A stretch of DNA of 64,000 nt from positions 62,001-126,000 of the forward strand of contig JBLWGC010000204.1 in the NCBI GenBank assembly GCA_048772705.1, given 5' to 3'. The DNA is from Leidyana gryllorum EB-2025a (lineage: Eukaryota; Protista; Apicomplexa). This document shows positions 1-9,621 of the stretch, in pieces. The notes under the pieces were generated by a model. The model was not told the origin of the DNA. It worked only from the letters and a program-made list of their open reading frames with translations, and did no database searches. Each line of letters begins with the position of its first letter. Within the stretch, counting starts at the first letter, position 1. A program made the translations under genes and the position numbers.

Positions 1-326
1 GTTGTGCCAGGCTTCGAGACTGGAGAGACCACAACGGCGGTCTTCCACACTGAGGAAAGACCAGCAGCGGCAGTCTCTGCGGCTGGAGGGACCACAGCGG
101 CTGTCTTCCATATAGAAGAAGTAACAACAGCGGCAGTCTCTGCAACTGGAGGGACCACAGCGTTAGTCTTCCACACTGAGGAGATGCCAGTGACAGCCCT
201 CGGGACTGGAGGGACCACAGCAGCAGGTCTGGCTGGTGGCTTCCAACAGCTCCGATCAGTCTGCTTCGATATGTGTGCAGAACCACCGAGGCGATCGGGG
301 CCGATCAATGGGGGGAAGTCATCCAT
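1..326 (-). CDS. 5' part of a gene running off the window start (MDDFPPLIG...), with a 21-aa tandem repeat; possibly another cluster member
   Basis: ATG at 326; frame open to base 1: MDDFPPLIGPDRLGG...WKTNAVVPPVAETAAVVTSSIWKTAAVVPPAAETAAAGLSSVWKT. Same strand as the helicase array. Not in the ORF track because there is no stop in the window. Confidence 0.6.
   Translation of the reverse strand, partial: MDDFPPLIGPDRLGGSAHISKQTDRSCWKPPARPAAVVPPVPRAVTGISSVWKTNAVVPPVAETAAVVTSSIWKTAAVVPPAAETAAAGLSSVWKTAVVVSPVSKPGT
21..228. repeat. ~63-bp imperfect coding tandem repeat (3-4 units)
   Basis: accaca(a/g)c anchors at 28, 91, 154 and 214 (period 63, 63, 60). Confidence 0.8.
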
Positions 327-510
327 TCTCGGGGTTCAAATCAAACAACGGGATCGTCAACCACCCAAAAACTGTAATAAACACGAGCCGAACCGTACAT
401 AAAATAGCAATCATGTGAACTCAACTTATCGCTCAGATCGTTTATGAGATCGCAATCAGCCATAACGGCTTTGGAATCTCTCGCTGACCACATACTTTCA
501 ACCTTCGCTA

Positions 511-3459
511 TCATCGAGATGGTCTCTTCCATTTGCTTTTCATTGCAGGGTAGACGCGGTCGTCGCCCGCCAAACTCGGGAAGTCCTCTTCTCCACGATT
601 CTCCTCGACCCGAGCGGCCGCCTTTGGTGGTGGAGCCCGAGGAGACTGCGGTTTCTTTGTGGGTGCAAACCGAGCCTTAGGCCTCGCAGCACCGGAGGGT
701 GCTGTGTTCCCTCGAGACACTGTTGTATTGGAGGATTTTCCGGGCGACACGTTGCCGTTAGACCTCCTATCCCTCCATGGTGTAGCCTTGGAGCCCCCCC
801 GCTGCCAAATGGGGCTGCTCGCTTTGACTGTCCCGGAGGGGTTGCTCGCTTTGACTGTCCCGGAGGACCCCACGGGCCATTTCGGTGGTCCTCGTGGTGT
901 CTTCTTGACCCCTCCGTCGGGCTCCAGGGGTGGGGCAGCGGCGCCTCGTACCACCGTCGGTTGCGGAGGATCTCGAACCCCCCCTTCTCCAGCCGGATTA
1001 ATCCTGACCTCAGGGTGAGTCGTGACAGTGTGCTTTCCACCACCATGTTTCCCTCGGTCCGGTCCGCCAGCAGCCTTCCACTGCGCTGTCTTCGACGGAG
1101 TCGACACCTTCCCCAATAGGGATGGGAACTGGTTGGCGTTCTGCATGTCCGGCAAGCTCGAAAGCTCTGGAGGAGCGGTGGGTCGAGTGGGAGAGTCTCG
1201 GGGCGTTCGTCGACCGCCTCTGGAGAATGTTCGACTCCCTGTGGTGGGTTGTAATGCAAAACGGACACAGAGATCGTCATAACGTGATCTCCATTTGTTT
1301 GATTCAAAAGCGGACCCACAATCTGTGATCTTTCCAGACTGTTGTATGTGGGTGTACAGCGAGTCGAATAGAGGATTACATCCGAATGTGTTCCAGTTGC
1401 CGAAGATGGCCAGATGCTTACGAGCTCTCGTCACGGCGACATTTAGTCTGTTGGGATCTTTAACAAATCCAATGCTCTTATTCGGATTACATCGGACGAG
1501 GGTGAGGATGATAACATCTCGTTCCCCGCCTTGGAAGCCATCGACAGTGGACACTAAAATCTTCTTGTCGAGGCCTTCTGTTCGGAGCCCAGCGTCGTCG
1601 GCGATGAGCTCTTCGATTAATCTAACCTGTTTCTTGTAGGGAGCGATAATACCGATGTCGTTCAATGACTCGTTCAACGGTAACAGCTTCTTTCGCAGAT
1701 ACTCCAAGGTCAGAAGAGCTTCGCCCAAATTGCAGTAGCTGTGCTCCTCGAGATATTGAAGCTCGGACTGCTTAGCAGTCAGCAGAGTGGATGAATCGGT
1801 CACAGCTTTCAGTTCCGGACAGTCTTTCTCCACAGTGTTGAACCACTCCAAAACAGGCAGCGTTGGAGACACTCTTATGTCTCTAACAGAATGATGTGCC
1901 ATGACGCGTCCGTGGTAGAACTGTTTCGAGCTCCAATCACTAATGTGCTGATTCGATCGGAATTGGACTGTGAGCATTGTCGAGAGATGACGCGACTCGT
2001 CTCTCATCAATTGACCCATAAGTGTTGTTCCCTCAATGTCAGTATTCTTTACAGTTGGGCCCAGTTGGTGGTGATCGCCAGCCAAAATCAACTTGGCGCC
2101 TTTTTTCACGGCAATCAGAGCATCGATCTCCAGACATTGGGCCGCTTCGTCGATTATAACGTATTCAAATTCAACGTTTTTGAGCTTCTGACTCGAAGCA
2201 GAATTGCAGGTCGTGAAGATAGCCCGAGATCTTCTGAGAACGCTCTCATTGATCTCACGCCGAAGACGTTTCTCCCGCATCGAGACTTCCCCGAATGTGG
2301 TCGCAGTGGGCAACGAGTCCATTATGTCGACATCCTCTTCATCAGAATCCAACTCGATCCCCAAAGCTTGTGCTGCCGCCTTCTCTTTGGCCTGTCGCGC
2401 GGTGGTCAGGGAGAGCAATAGCTCGTAATGTGGATCATCCTTGATGGCCGACGAAAAGAGCGTTGAGTGCACCGCTGGACTCGCTTTATGCGGGGCAGCG
2501 ATGCGGAGCAACCAGGATTTTTCCACCTGTTTGAACTTCAGCATTCGTTCCAGCAAGTTATCACACGCCACATTCGACCCCGCACATACTAATATCTTGC
2601 GGTTTGGAGAGTACAATATGAGCGACAATAAGAGTGTTGCCAGAGTTGTTGTCTTTCCGGTTCCAGGAGGTCCGTGAAGGATCGACACTGGACTCCGAGT
2701 CAATAGAAATTGGACCGCCTCGGTCTGGCCGGGTGCGAGTCCCTCGGGAAGTACAGAGACTGGCAGAGGTATGATGGAAGCGGGACTCGACGACTTGAGG
2801 ATGAAGCTCAACAGGTATGCAGAGACTCCCTCCGGGTCCTCAATACTCTTCAATAGGCGCTGGCGTTGCTTATGCGTAGCGTCGTTGCCTTTGATCCCCA
2901 CCGTCACAGTCGACGAGGTCAGTTGGCCCAGGAGCGACATTGTCAGAAAGGCGGTATCCAGACTGACTTGAACTGTCTTTCTATCAACACGATGCACGAC
3001 CGCTCCGACAATCTCTTTCACGTCTGCCAGTGCTTGACCTCGAGTGTTGAGAGCCTCTTCGTGAAGCACACAGGCATCACCTCTCTTGTACTGTACAAAG
3101 GGGATCGGGCACCCATCCACCGATTGCAGTATAAGGACATGCCGTCCCCTCTCTTCTGACGGTCTATGAGTACGAAGCCGTAGACCCTGAATCGCTTGAC
3201 CCTTCTGGACGAGTCCGTCGGCTGTGATTTTGGTACGGAGGGCATTGTTCTCGTTTGTTTCCTCCCGCAGCTCCGCTTTGATCAGCAACGCCTGCTGATC
3301 TTTCCACTGTTCGAATTCACCTTTCGTCACTCCTCCTTGGCTCTCATCGGTGAGACGAGACTCGCGACTGTGGAGCGTAGCCGTCTCGGTCGTAGAGGGT
3401 TTCAAAGAGAGACCGAAAGGGGTGTCGACAGCCACCGGTGCCAATGTGGGCCTCACCAT
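511..3459 (-). CDS. IGHMBP2/Hcs1-like SF1B (Upf1-like) helicase, copy 1, intact motifs, disordered basic C-tail
   Basis: HGPPGTGKT (I), CAGSNVACDNL (Ia), IIDEAAQ (II), LAGDHHQLGP (III), LTVQFRSN (IV), STVDGFQGGERD (V), RLNVAVTRAR (VI). The N-terminal LLIKAELREE...GLVQKG resembles the IGHMBP2 N-terminus. Confidence 0.92.
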   Translation of the reverse strand: MVRPTLAPVAVDTPFGLSLKPSTTETATLHSRESRLTDESQGGVTKGEFEQWKDQQALLIKAELREETNENNALRTKITADGLVQKGQAIQGLRLRTHRPSEERGRHVLILQSVDGCPIPFVQYKRGDACVLHEEALNTRGQALADVKEIVGAVVHRVDRKTVQVSLDTAFLTMSLLGQLTSSTVTVGIKGNDATHKQRQRLLKSIEDPEGVSAYLLSFILKSSSPASIIPLPVSVLPEGLAPGQTEAVQFLLTRSPVSILHGPPGTGKTTTLATLLLSLILYSPNRKILVCAGSNVACDNLLERMLKFKQVEKSWLLRIAAPHKASPAVHSTLFSSAIKDDPHYELLLSLTTARQAKEKAAAQALGIELDSDEEDVDIMDSLPTATTFGEVSMREKRLRREINESVLRRSRAIFTTCNSASSQKLKNVEFEYVIIDEAAQCLEIDALIAVKKGAKLILAGDHHQLGPTVKNTDIEGTTLMGQLMRDESRHLSTMLTVQFRSNQHISDWSSKQFYHGRVMAHHSVRDIRVSPTLPVLEWFNTVEKDCPELKAVTDSSTLLTAKQSELQYLEEHSYCNLGEALLTLEYLRKKLLPLNESLNDIGIIAPYKKQVRLIEELIADDAGLRTEGLDKKILVSTVDGFQGGERDVIILTLVRCNPNKSIGFVKDPNRLNVAVTRARKHLAIFGNWNTFGCNPLFDSLYTHIQQSGKITDCGSAFESNKWRSRYDDLCVRFALQPTTGSRTFSRGGRRTPRDSPTRPTAPPELSSLPDMQNANQFPSLLGKVSTPSKTAQWKAAGGPDRGKHGGGKHTVTTHPEVRINPAGEGGVRDPPQPTVVRGAAAPPLEPDGGVKKTPRGPPKWPVGSSGTVKASNPSGTVKASSPIWQRGGSKATPWRDRRSNGNVSPGKSSNTTVSRGNTAPSGAARPKARFAPTKKPQSPRAPPPKAAARVEENRGEEDFPSLAGDDRVYPAMKSKWKRPSR

Positions 3460-3566
3460 CTCAACAATTCCCCCTCTAACTTTCTCACCAACCCCTCAGA
3501 TGGTGGAAGGTGTTATAGTGAGCTGTCCTCCCAAAAGAGGGTTTATTGTACCACTGCAACCCTACG

Positions 3567-6416
3567 CTACCCTTTGCAAACGGCTGCTTGGACGTCATTT
3601 TCCCGCGGACTGTGAGTTGGTCCATGTCTCACACAATATCCCACCAAAGGTTTGGCGCCGCGAGGCGAGGCGTTACCGAGCTTCGACCCGCTTCGCGAAC
3701 CATCAAATGGTGTTACTGTGGAGACATCGATCACTTTCAGAGAGCTTCGGACCCCGGAGTCAGCAGCATCTGGGTGGAAATTTCGGATTGCATCGAGGAA
3801 CTCTTTATCGTCAACACCAGCAGCCTCAAAGTGTTTCAGATCCCACTTCGCGATTTGGGCTTGATGAGATGCCATCCAGTTTGCATTGGGGAAGGCGTCA
3901 ATGGCTCTCGTCAATTTTCCGTTTCGCCGAATATACTCGTAGAGAGATCTGTAAGTGTGTAACGAATTGGCTGTCGGCCGGTGTCCAATGATCACAATGT
4001 GCTTTCGTGCCAGTGTGACGGCTCTATGGACTCCATTGGGTCTCGTGCAGTATCCGACGCCTTCAGGGGTGATGAAGCTGAGAGGCGTGAGGATTATTAC
4101 ATCTTTCGCTTCCGCTCCCAAATGCTGCACTGTGAAGGATGAGATCTTGGCACGCAACCGGGAGGATTGTAATTCAGTGCTCTCTCTCAAGAGCGCATTG
4201 ATCAATTTAAGTTGCTTCCGAGAAGGAGCGAGAATACCAATATCTGTGATTACCTCACAGAGGGGCACAAGGAATTTGAGCAAATACTCCAAAGTCAAAC
4301 GAGCTTCAATCGGGCATTGGCTCAGATGCTGATAGGGTTGGCGCTTTTCGGGCGACTTGGGAGAGTTGAGAGCAGTATCATGTGGGTTTAGTACACAGTC
4401 CGAAGGTGCTTTGTTTATCCATTGCCAAACTGGGAGTGTCTGCGACAGTCTGATGTTTCGGACGGAAGGGTGGGCGGTGAGCTGTCCACTATAGAAATAT
4501 TCGGAGATCCAATCACTGATGAGCTGATTTGATCGCATTTCTTCTGTTAGCGGTATGAGGAACTCGCATGGATTCTTTTCCGACAGTGGTTGGGGATAGG
4601 TGGATTTCCCCCCGTTAAGCTTCTCGAGAATGGGGCTCAATTGCGGCTTGTCCCCCGCCAACACCACCCTGATGCCCTCCTTTGCCACAGCGCGAACTCT
4701 TTTCCCTTGGCAGAATTCTCCGTCGAGGATGACGTCAGTAAAATGCCGATGTTTCAACACTCGGCTCCCAGCCATTTGAGTCACACAGAAGACAGCTCGG
4801 GCCTCGCGCACAATGTCGTCCTTGACTTCCTCCAACAACGCCTGCGATCGACTCTGCAGCTGAGCAACATTCGATTCGATGCTCGCTATCTTTTGCGCTT
4901 CTCCACATTTAGAAAGCTTCTTTAGTTGCTGCTGTATACGGCGTTGAATGTCATTTCGTTGTACAAATTTGGGATGGAGCTTCCGACGTGAAGACCACAG
5001 TACAGTATCCAGCGGTCCGCCGCTTTTCTCGGCTGTTGAGAAACGCAAGATTTCTGATGTGTCCACTCCACCCAAGTCAAGCACCTTTTTTAGCAAGTCG
5101 TCGACAAGTGGACCGCATTCCGCGCACACTAAAATCTTGCATTCGGGAGACTGAAGGCGGTACCGTATATACTCCGCCAGTACTGTGGTCTTTCCGGTCC
5201 CTGGAGCCCCGTAGAGAATGGATAATGACTCCTGGGAGACTAACAAGGAGAAGGCATCGTACTGATGCCTGGTGAGACTTTTCGGAATGGTAGAATTGGG
5301 TATGTCTCCCCCAGTTGCGGGATATTGACGCGGCGCCATGGAAGTTGTGCCGTCATCATTGGGACTTTCGCGGCTCTCCATGTCTCGTGGTACCACAGGG
5401 CTTTGACTTGAAGAGGTCTGATCGCCACCGCTCGCCTGGGCGATTGCAGCGGGTACCACTGTGGTGGTCAATGCTTGTGCACATCGTGTAGGGAGGGGAC
5501 GCACTTCTGTGGTCTCAATGTCAATTGATACCCCCGAGTCTCGGGTCGTAAAGTGGTCATTGGTGGTGGGCGATAGGTTGATCGTGTCTGTCGTCAGAAA
5601 CTTCATCATTGTTTGTACACATTGTGGGTTAGGGAGGATGAAGTGCGTAGCATCTCTGGTAATTTGCACCCCAACGGCATCGACAGTGATTGTCGTGTTA
5701 GAGACGACTCTCTCGTGGGTCTTCGACCCTCCTCGACGAAGTCTACACAGAGGGACGCCTTTACATTTCACATGAGCCATCGACTGTCCATTAGGCATTT
5801 GGAAGACCACTGTGATTCTGCCTCCCTCGTCATTCACCGGAGAGCCATCAATGACTGAACTCTCCGGCCTCGAGCCGGGAGACGCGACGTTGGAGTGCCA
5901 GGCCGCTTCCACCGCGACGTCTCCTTTCTTCTCAGTGATGTTCGACCACGCTGGGGTGGCATTGCTCTTCTGACACCCCGACAGTGGTGAGAGGGTCGAG
6001 GAGTGTCCGCCGCCGTCTCTCCCCTCGGTAAGGGAGTGAGACGACAGTGCTGTCTCTTCGGGACCCCCGGCGGCGTGGGAGACTTGAGATCTGAGTCTAA
6101 CACTCCCCGAGGGCACCGACGCGACTACTGAGAAGTGCGTATGTCGATCGACGCTGTGCGTGAGTGGTAAAAAGCCATCCAACAGAACGGGGCAATGCCC
6201 TCCAGTCTTGGAAGACACCAGAATTCGTAATGGTGTATTCAGGCTCGACTCGCAGTTGTCATTCTTACGCCTCGACATCCATTCCTTCACGGCTCTGAAG
6301 GCCGTTTGACACATAATGGCTAGGGAACAGAGACAACCGATTTTTCCCAGTTCTGAACTACCATTGATCAGAGAGCTCAACACCGAAGGATTGGCGGCTA
6401 AACTTTGTGATGTCAT
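3567..6416 (-). CDS. IGHMBP2-like helicase paralog, copy 2, catalytically degenerate (pseudo-helicase)
   Basis: Keeps YGAPGTGKT and LAGDKPQLSP, but Ia=CAECGPLVDDL, II=ILDGEFCQ, V=FTVQHLGAEAKD and VI=GVHRAVTLAR. The 949-aa ORF is intact; start may be ATG 6314. Confidence 0.85.
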   Translation of the reverse strand: MTSQSLAANPSVLSSLINGSSELGKIGCLCSLAIMCQTAFRAVKEWMSRRKNDNCESSLNTPLRILVSSKTGGHCPVLLDGFLPLTHSVDRHTHFSVVASVPSGSVRLRSQVSHAAGGPEETALSSHSLTEGRDGGGHSSTLSPLSGCQKSNATPAWSNITEKKGDVAVEAAWHSNVASPGSRPESSVIDGSPVNDEGGRITVVFQMPNGQSMAHVKCKGVPLCRLRRGGSKTHERVVSNTTITVDAVGVQITRDATHFILPNPQCVQTMMKFLTTDTINLSPTTNDHFTTRDSGVSIDIETTEVRPLPTRCAQALTTTVVPAAIAQASGGDQTSSSQSPVVPRDMESRESPNDDGTTSMAPRQYPATGGDIPNSTIPKSLTRHQYDAFSLLVSQESLSILYGAPGTGKTTVLAEYIRYRLQSPECKILVCAECGPLVDDLLKKVLDLGGVDTSEILRFSTAEKSGGPLDTVLWSSRRKLHPKFVQRNDIQRRIQQQLKKLSKCGEAQKIASIESNVAQLQSRSQALLEEVKDDIVREARAVFCVTQMAGSRVLKHRHFTDVILDGEFCQGKRVRAVAKEGIRVVLAGDKPQLSPILEKLNGGKSTYPQPLSEKNPCEFLIPLTEEMRSNQLISDWISEYFYSGQLTAHPSVRNIRLSQTLPVWQWINKAPSDCVLNPHDTALNSPKSPEKRQPYQHLSQCPIEARLTLEYLLKFLVPLCEVITDIGILAPSRKQLKLINALLRESTELQSSRLRAKISSFTVQHLGAEAKDVIILTPLSFITPEGVGYCTRPNGVHRAVTLARKHIVIIGHRPTANSLHTYRSLYEYIRRNGKLTRAIDAFPNANWMASHQAQIAKWDLKHFEAAGVDDKEFLDAIRNFHPDAADSGVRSSLKVIDVSTVTPFDGSRSGSKLGNASPRGAKPLVGYCVRHGPTHSPRENDVQAAVCKG

Positions 6417-6536
6417 TTCAAGTCTTTGTAATCAGTTCAAGCGAGCGTCTAACAAAGTGGACAACGGTCACAATTAACGACTACAGACGATTGATGACTT
6501 GAGCGTGAATTAAGCGGGTTGAGTCACAATTTGAGA

Positions 6537-6664
6537 CAAGACTCCTCGCGATGATAATGATATTCCAATTTGAAATTCAAAGGATTGATTCTCTCACCGT
6601 CTCTGTCAGATTTCAATCTTTCAAATTTCAGATTGGAATATCATTATCATCGCGAGGAGTCTTG
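6537..6664. repeat. 128-bp inverted repeat/hairpin (52-bp arms, 24-nt spacer)
   Basis: 6537-6588 vs reverse complement of 6613-6664: outer 33 bp perfect, 4 mismatches in total. Confidence 0.95.
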
Positions 6665-6674
6665 AGATCGCGTC

Positions 6675-6799
<125 letters not shown>

Positions 6800-6852
6800 C
6801 AGCGTGGCCGTATTGCAGTCTCGAAGCGTAGACTGTGACGACGGGTGGTCTT

Positions 6853-9186
6853 TCAGGCGGTGTCAGCGCAGCCCAGATCGGGGCCTGCCAACTTGAAGGT
6901 TTCAAGGATTGAATAGTACTGCGCTTCCCAGTCTCGGTCGGGGAAGAGATCAGTGGCAGTGGATATAAGGCCTTTCTTTTGTATATGAGCCTGGATGGAC
7001 TTGAAAAGAGGTGTGGTATCGTAGGTGGCCCAATTTCCGACAATGAGGAGATGCTTTTGAGCTCTCGAGACGGCAAGATTGAGTCTGTTGGGACTTCTGA
7101 CCAAACCGATACCTTTAAAGTAGTTACATCTCACAAGGCTGAGAATGATAATATCGCGTTCTCCACCTTGGAAACCATCCGGCGTTGAGACCAAAATATT
7201 CTTTGAGAGTCCGGACGATTGGAGTTCGTCCGAGGCATCGATCAATCGTTGGATTAGTTCAATTTGTGTTCTGTACGGCGCGACGACTCCTATTTTGATG
7301 TCAGCAATTTTCAGAGGCAACAGAGTCTTGGACAGATATGCCACAATTATAAGAGCTTCGCCCAGGTTACAGAAAGTGCTCGGCTCCAAATGGTGCAGTT
7401 CTTCAGGTCTATGGGGGCGAAAGGTTGCCGAGCATCGCTTTTCCAACAACTCTGGAGAGTCTTCCGGCGTTGTCACGATCCACTGGAGAGTCGGAAGTGT
7501 TGGAGACACTTTGATATTTCGAACAGAGGGATGAGTGGTAACTTTGCCGCCGTAAAACTGCTTCGAGATCCAACTGTAAACGTCATCATTACATCGGAAC
7601 TGCTGTGTAAGCGTTGTTGTTATATTTCGGCCCTCATCCGCCATCAACCGTCCCAGAAGGGTCGTTCCTCCCATAGTCTTATTTTTCACGATGGGCGCCA
7701 GTTGAAGGGGATCACCAGCCAGAATTACCTTCTTGCCGCGTGTCACCGGGATCAACGAGTCAATTTCCAAACATTGGGCCGCCTCATCGATAATAACGTA
7801 ATCAAAGGTGCGGTTAAGGCGAATTGGATCCAAAGCCATATTGCAAGTCGTGAACACCACTCTCGCTTTGTCCAAGACACCCTCAAAGGCTTCCCTCAAT
7901 TCTTCTCGGGCTGTGAAGGGGTCGACGAAAGGCCGATTCTCGTTGGAGTATGGAGCAGTCTCGGTGAGACGCTCGCCAACTGCTTTATTGGCCTCCTGCC
8001 AGCAGTCGGGATGATTCGGATGATCCCGTGAGATCGATCGGAGTGACATGTCCTCCGTCGCGGGGTTTGGTTTTGGAGAGGCCGCAATACGTAGCAGCAC
8101 GGAACTGTCGATTCTATTCAATTTGCGCAGTTGTTGGTGCACATTGTCCACAGCGACATTGGATGCCCCGCATACCAAAATTTTGCATTCGCTGTCTTGC
8201 GAAAGTAAGTAACAGATCAGATGTATCAGAACTCTGGTCTTTCCCGTTCCGGCGGGTGCGTGGAGTACCGCGATGGGACTTCGATCACGCAGAAAACAGA
8301 ATGCCTTGAACTGATCTCTAGAGAGCTCTTTGGGTCGTGTCACGGCGGGCATCCGGAGGACTCCGGGCGACCGTAGCGGGTCCAGAATGAATCTCATAAG
8401 CATCCCAGGACGCGAATGGGTTCTCTCGATATCGTACATTACAATTTCACGTCGATGATGGGTCAGCATGGGATGGCCGATGGCCAAAGTTACAGTATCT
8501 GACGATAATTGACGGATCAATACGTCCGTATTGTCACGTCTCAGAATAGTAACCTGAACCACAAACTTGTTGACTTTGAGAACCACAGCGTCAAGAAGAA
8601 CGGGTGTATTCCCAAGTGTGACACCCGCGGTGGTCGGGTTCTCGCGGTACAGTATGCATAGATCTCCTCTTTTACAATTTACAGAGGGTACCTTCTTTCC
8701 GTTCCACATTTTGAATATTAGAGTATCTCTTCCTCTGTCAATAGACGCTTTGTCGGTAATAAATTGCAGGCCTCTGATAGCTTTGTCCCTATTGGCCAGA
8801 TCAGTCGCCGTGAGCTTGGCAACTCGAGCCTCAAAGGCATCAATACACTGCTGTTTTTCGGCAGCAATGAGCGCATTTTGACACGTGATCCATTTAATGA
8901 ACTTGGCTTCAGGTGATGACTGGTCGATAGTTCGAGGTACAACTGCTTCAAACACTTGCGTCTTGTCTCGACGCCATACCGATCTAGGCGCTGGAAAAAT
9001 TGACTGCTTACTTTCAGCAGTCGTAGCCGGTATCTGAGCATTCGTAGCCGAGCTCTCAAAGTGGTTAGCTTCATTGTCACACTTAGTCAAGTGGTCTTCA
9101 AAGTCTGACACGAGGTCATCAGTAGCAAGTTTCTCTTCGGACCCGTGAAGCCACTGTTTGACGGCATTGTATGACCGTTGAACCAT
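6853..9186 (-). CDS. IGHMBP2/Hcs1-like SF1B helicase, copy 3, essentially intact motifs
   Basis: HAPAGTGKT, CGASNVAVDN, IIDEAAQ, LAGDPLQLAP, LTQQFRCN, STPDGFQGGERD, RLNLAVSRAQ. Confidence 0.92.
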   Translation of the reverse strand: MVQRSYNAVKQWLHGSEEKLATDDLVSDFEDHLTKCDNEANHFESSATNAQIPATTAESKQSIFPAPRSVWRRDKTQVFEAVVPRTIDQSSPEAKFIKWITCQNALIAAEKQQCIDAFEARVAKLTATDLANRDKAIRGLQFITDKASIDRGRDTLIFKMWNGKKVPSVNCKRGDLCILYRENPTTAGVTLGNTPVLLDAVVLKVNKFVVQVTILRRDNTDVLIRQLSSDTVTLAIGHPMLTHHRREIVMYDIERTHSRPGMLMRFILDPLRSPGVLRMPAVTRPKELSRDQFKAFCFLRDRSPIAVLHAPAGTGKTRVLIHLICYLLSQDSECKILVCGASNVAVDNVHQQLRKLNRIDSSVLLRIAASPKPNPATEDMSLRSISRDHPNHPDCWQEANKAVGERLTETAPYSNENRPFVDPFTAREELREAFEGVLDKARVVFTTCNMALDPIRLNRTFDYVIIDEAAQCLEIDSLIPVTRGKKVILAGDPLQLAPIVKNKTMGGTTLLGRLMADEGRNITTTLTQQFRCNDDVYSWISKQFYGGKVTTHPSVRNIKVSPTLPTLQWIVTTPEDSPELLEKRCSATFRPHRPEELHHLEPSTFCNLGEALIIVAYLSKTLLPLKIADIKIGVVAPYRTQIELIQRLIDASDELQSSGLSKNILVSTPDGFQGGERDIIILSLVRCNYFKGIGLVRSPNRLNLAVSRAQKHLLIVGNWATYDTTPLFKSIQAHIQKKGLISTATDLFPDRDWEAQYYSILETFKLAGPDLGCADTA

Positions 9187-9224
9187 AGTGATCCAAATCT
9201 TAGAGCCTTTCTCTTTTAAACAAA

Positions 9225-9254
9225 CACTGCACTGCAGTGCAATGCAGTGCAGTG
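9225..9254. repeat. Short perfect inverted repeat built of TGCA units, upstream of helicase copy 3
   Basis: cactgcactgca-gtgcaa-tgcagtgcagtg (12-bp stem, 6-nt loop). Confidence 0.8.
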
Positions 9255-9420
9255 CACGGCGTCTCCCTTTTCGGTCGAAGCCGTCTCCCTATTTTTCCTG
9301 CAAACCCGTTCAATTTGGCAAATGAACGGGAGACTCTGAGACAATTAACTACTCGAACCGAACATCTCATCGATTTCGATACAAAATAGACTCTGTTGTT
9401 GTTTGAGTCTCCTCTCGGTT

Positions 9421-9555
9421 CGTGTGTGTGTGTGTGTGGGCAATTTATGTGGGTGGATGGTGAGTGTGTGTGGGCGTGGCGTCTCTCGCTTTATGTGTGT
9501 GTGTGGGCAATTTATGTGGGTGGATGGTGAGTGTGTGCGTGGGCCTGGCGTCTCC
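9421..9555. repeat. GT-rich direct duplication (~66-bp unit x2)
   Basis: tgtgtgtgggcaatttatgtgggtggatggtgagtgtgtg...ggcgtctc occurs twice in tandem. Confidence 0.85.
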
Positions 9556-9621
9556 TCGATCACGCGTGGGGCGTGCGGGTGGTGAGTGGTGAAGATGCGA
9601 CTAGGTGCCCCAATCTTCTCA

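Noticed and set aside
4-402. Plus-strand 132-aa repeat ORF
   Set aside because: Antisense shadow of the minus-strand gene starting at 326.
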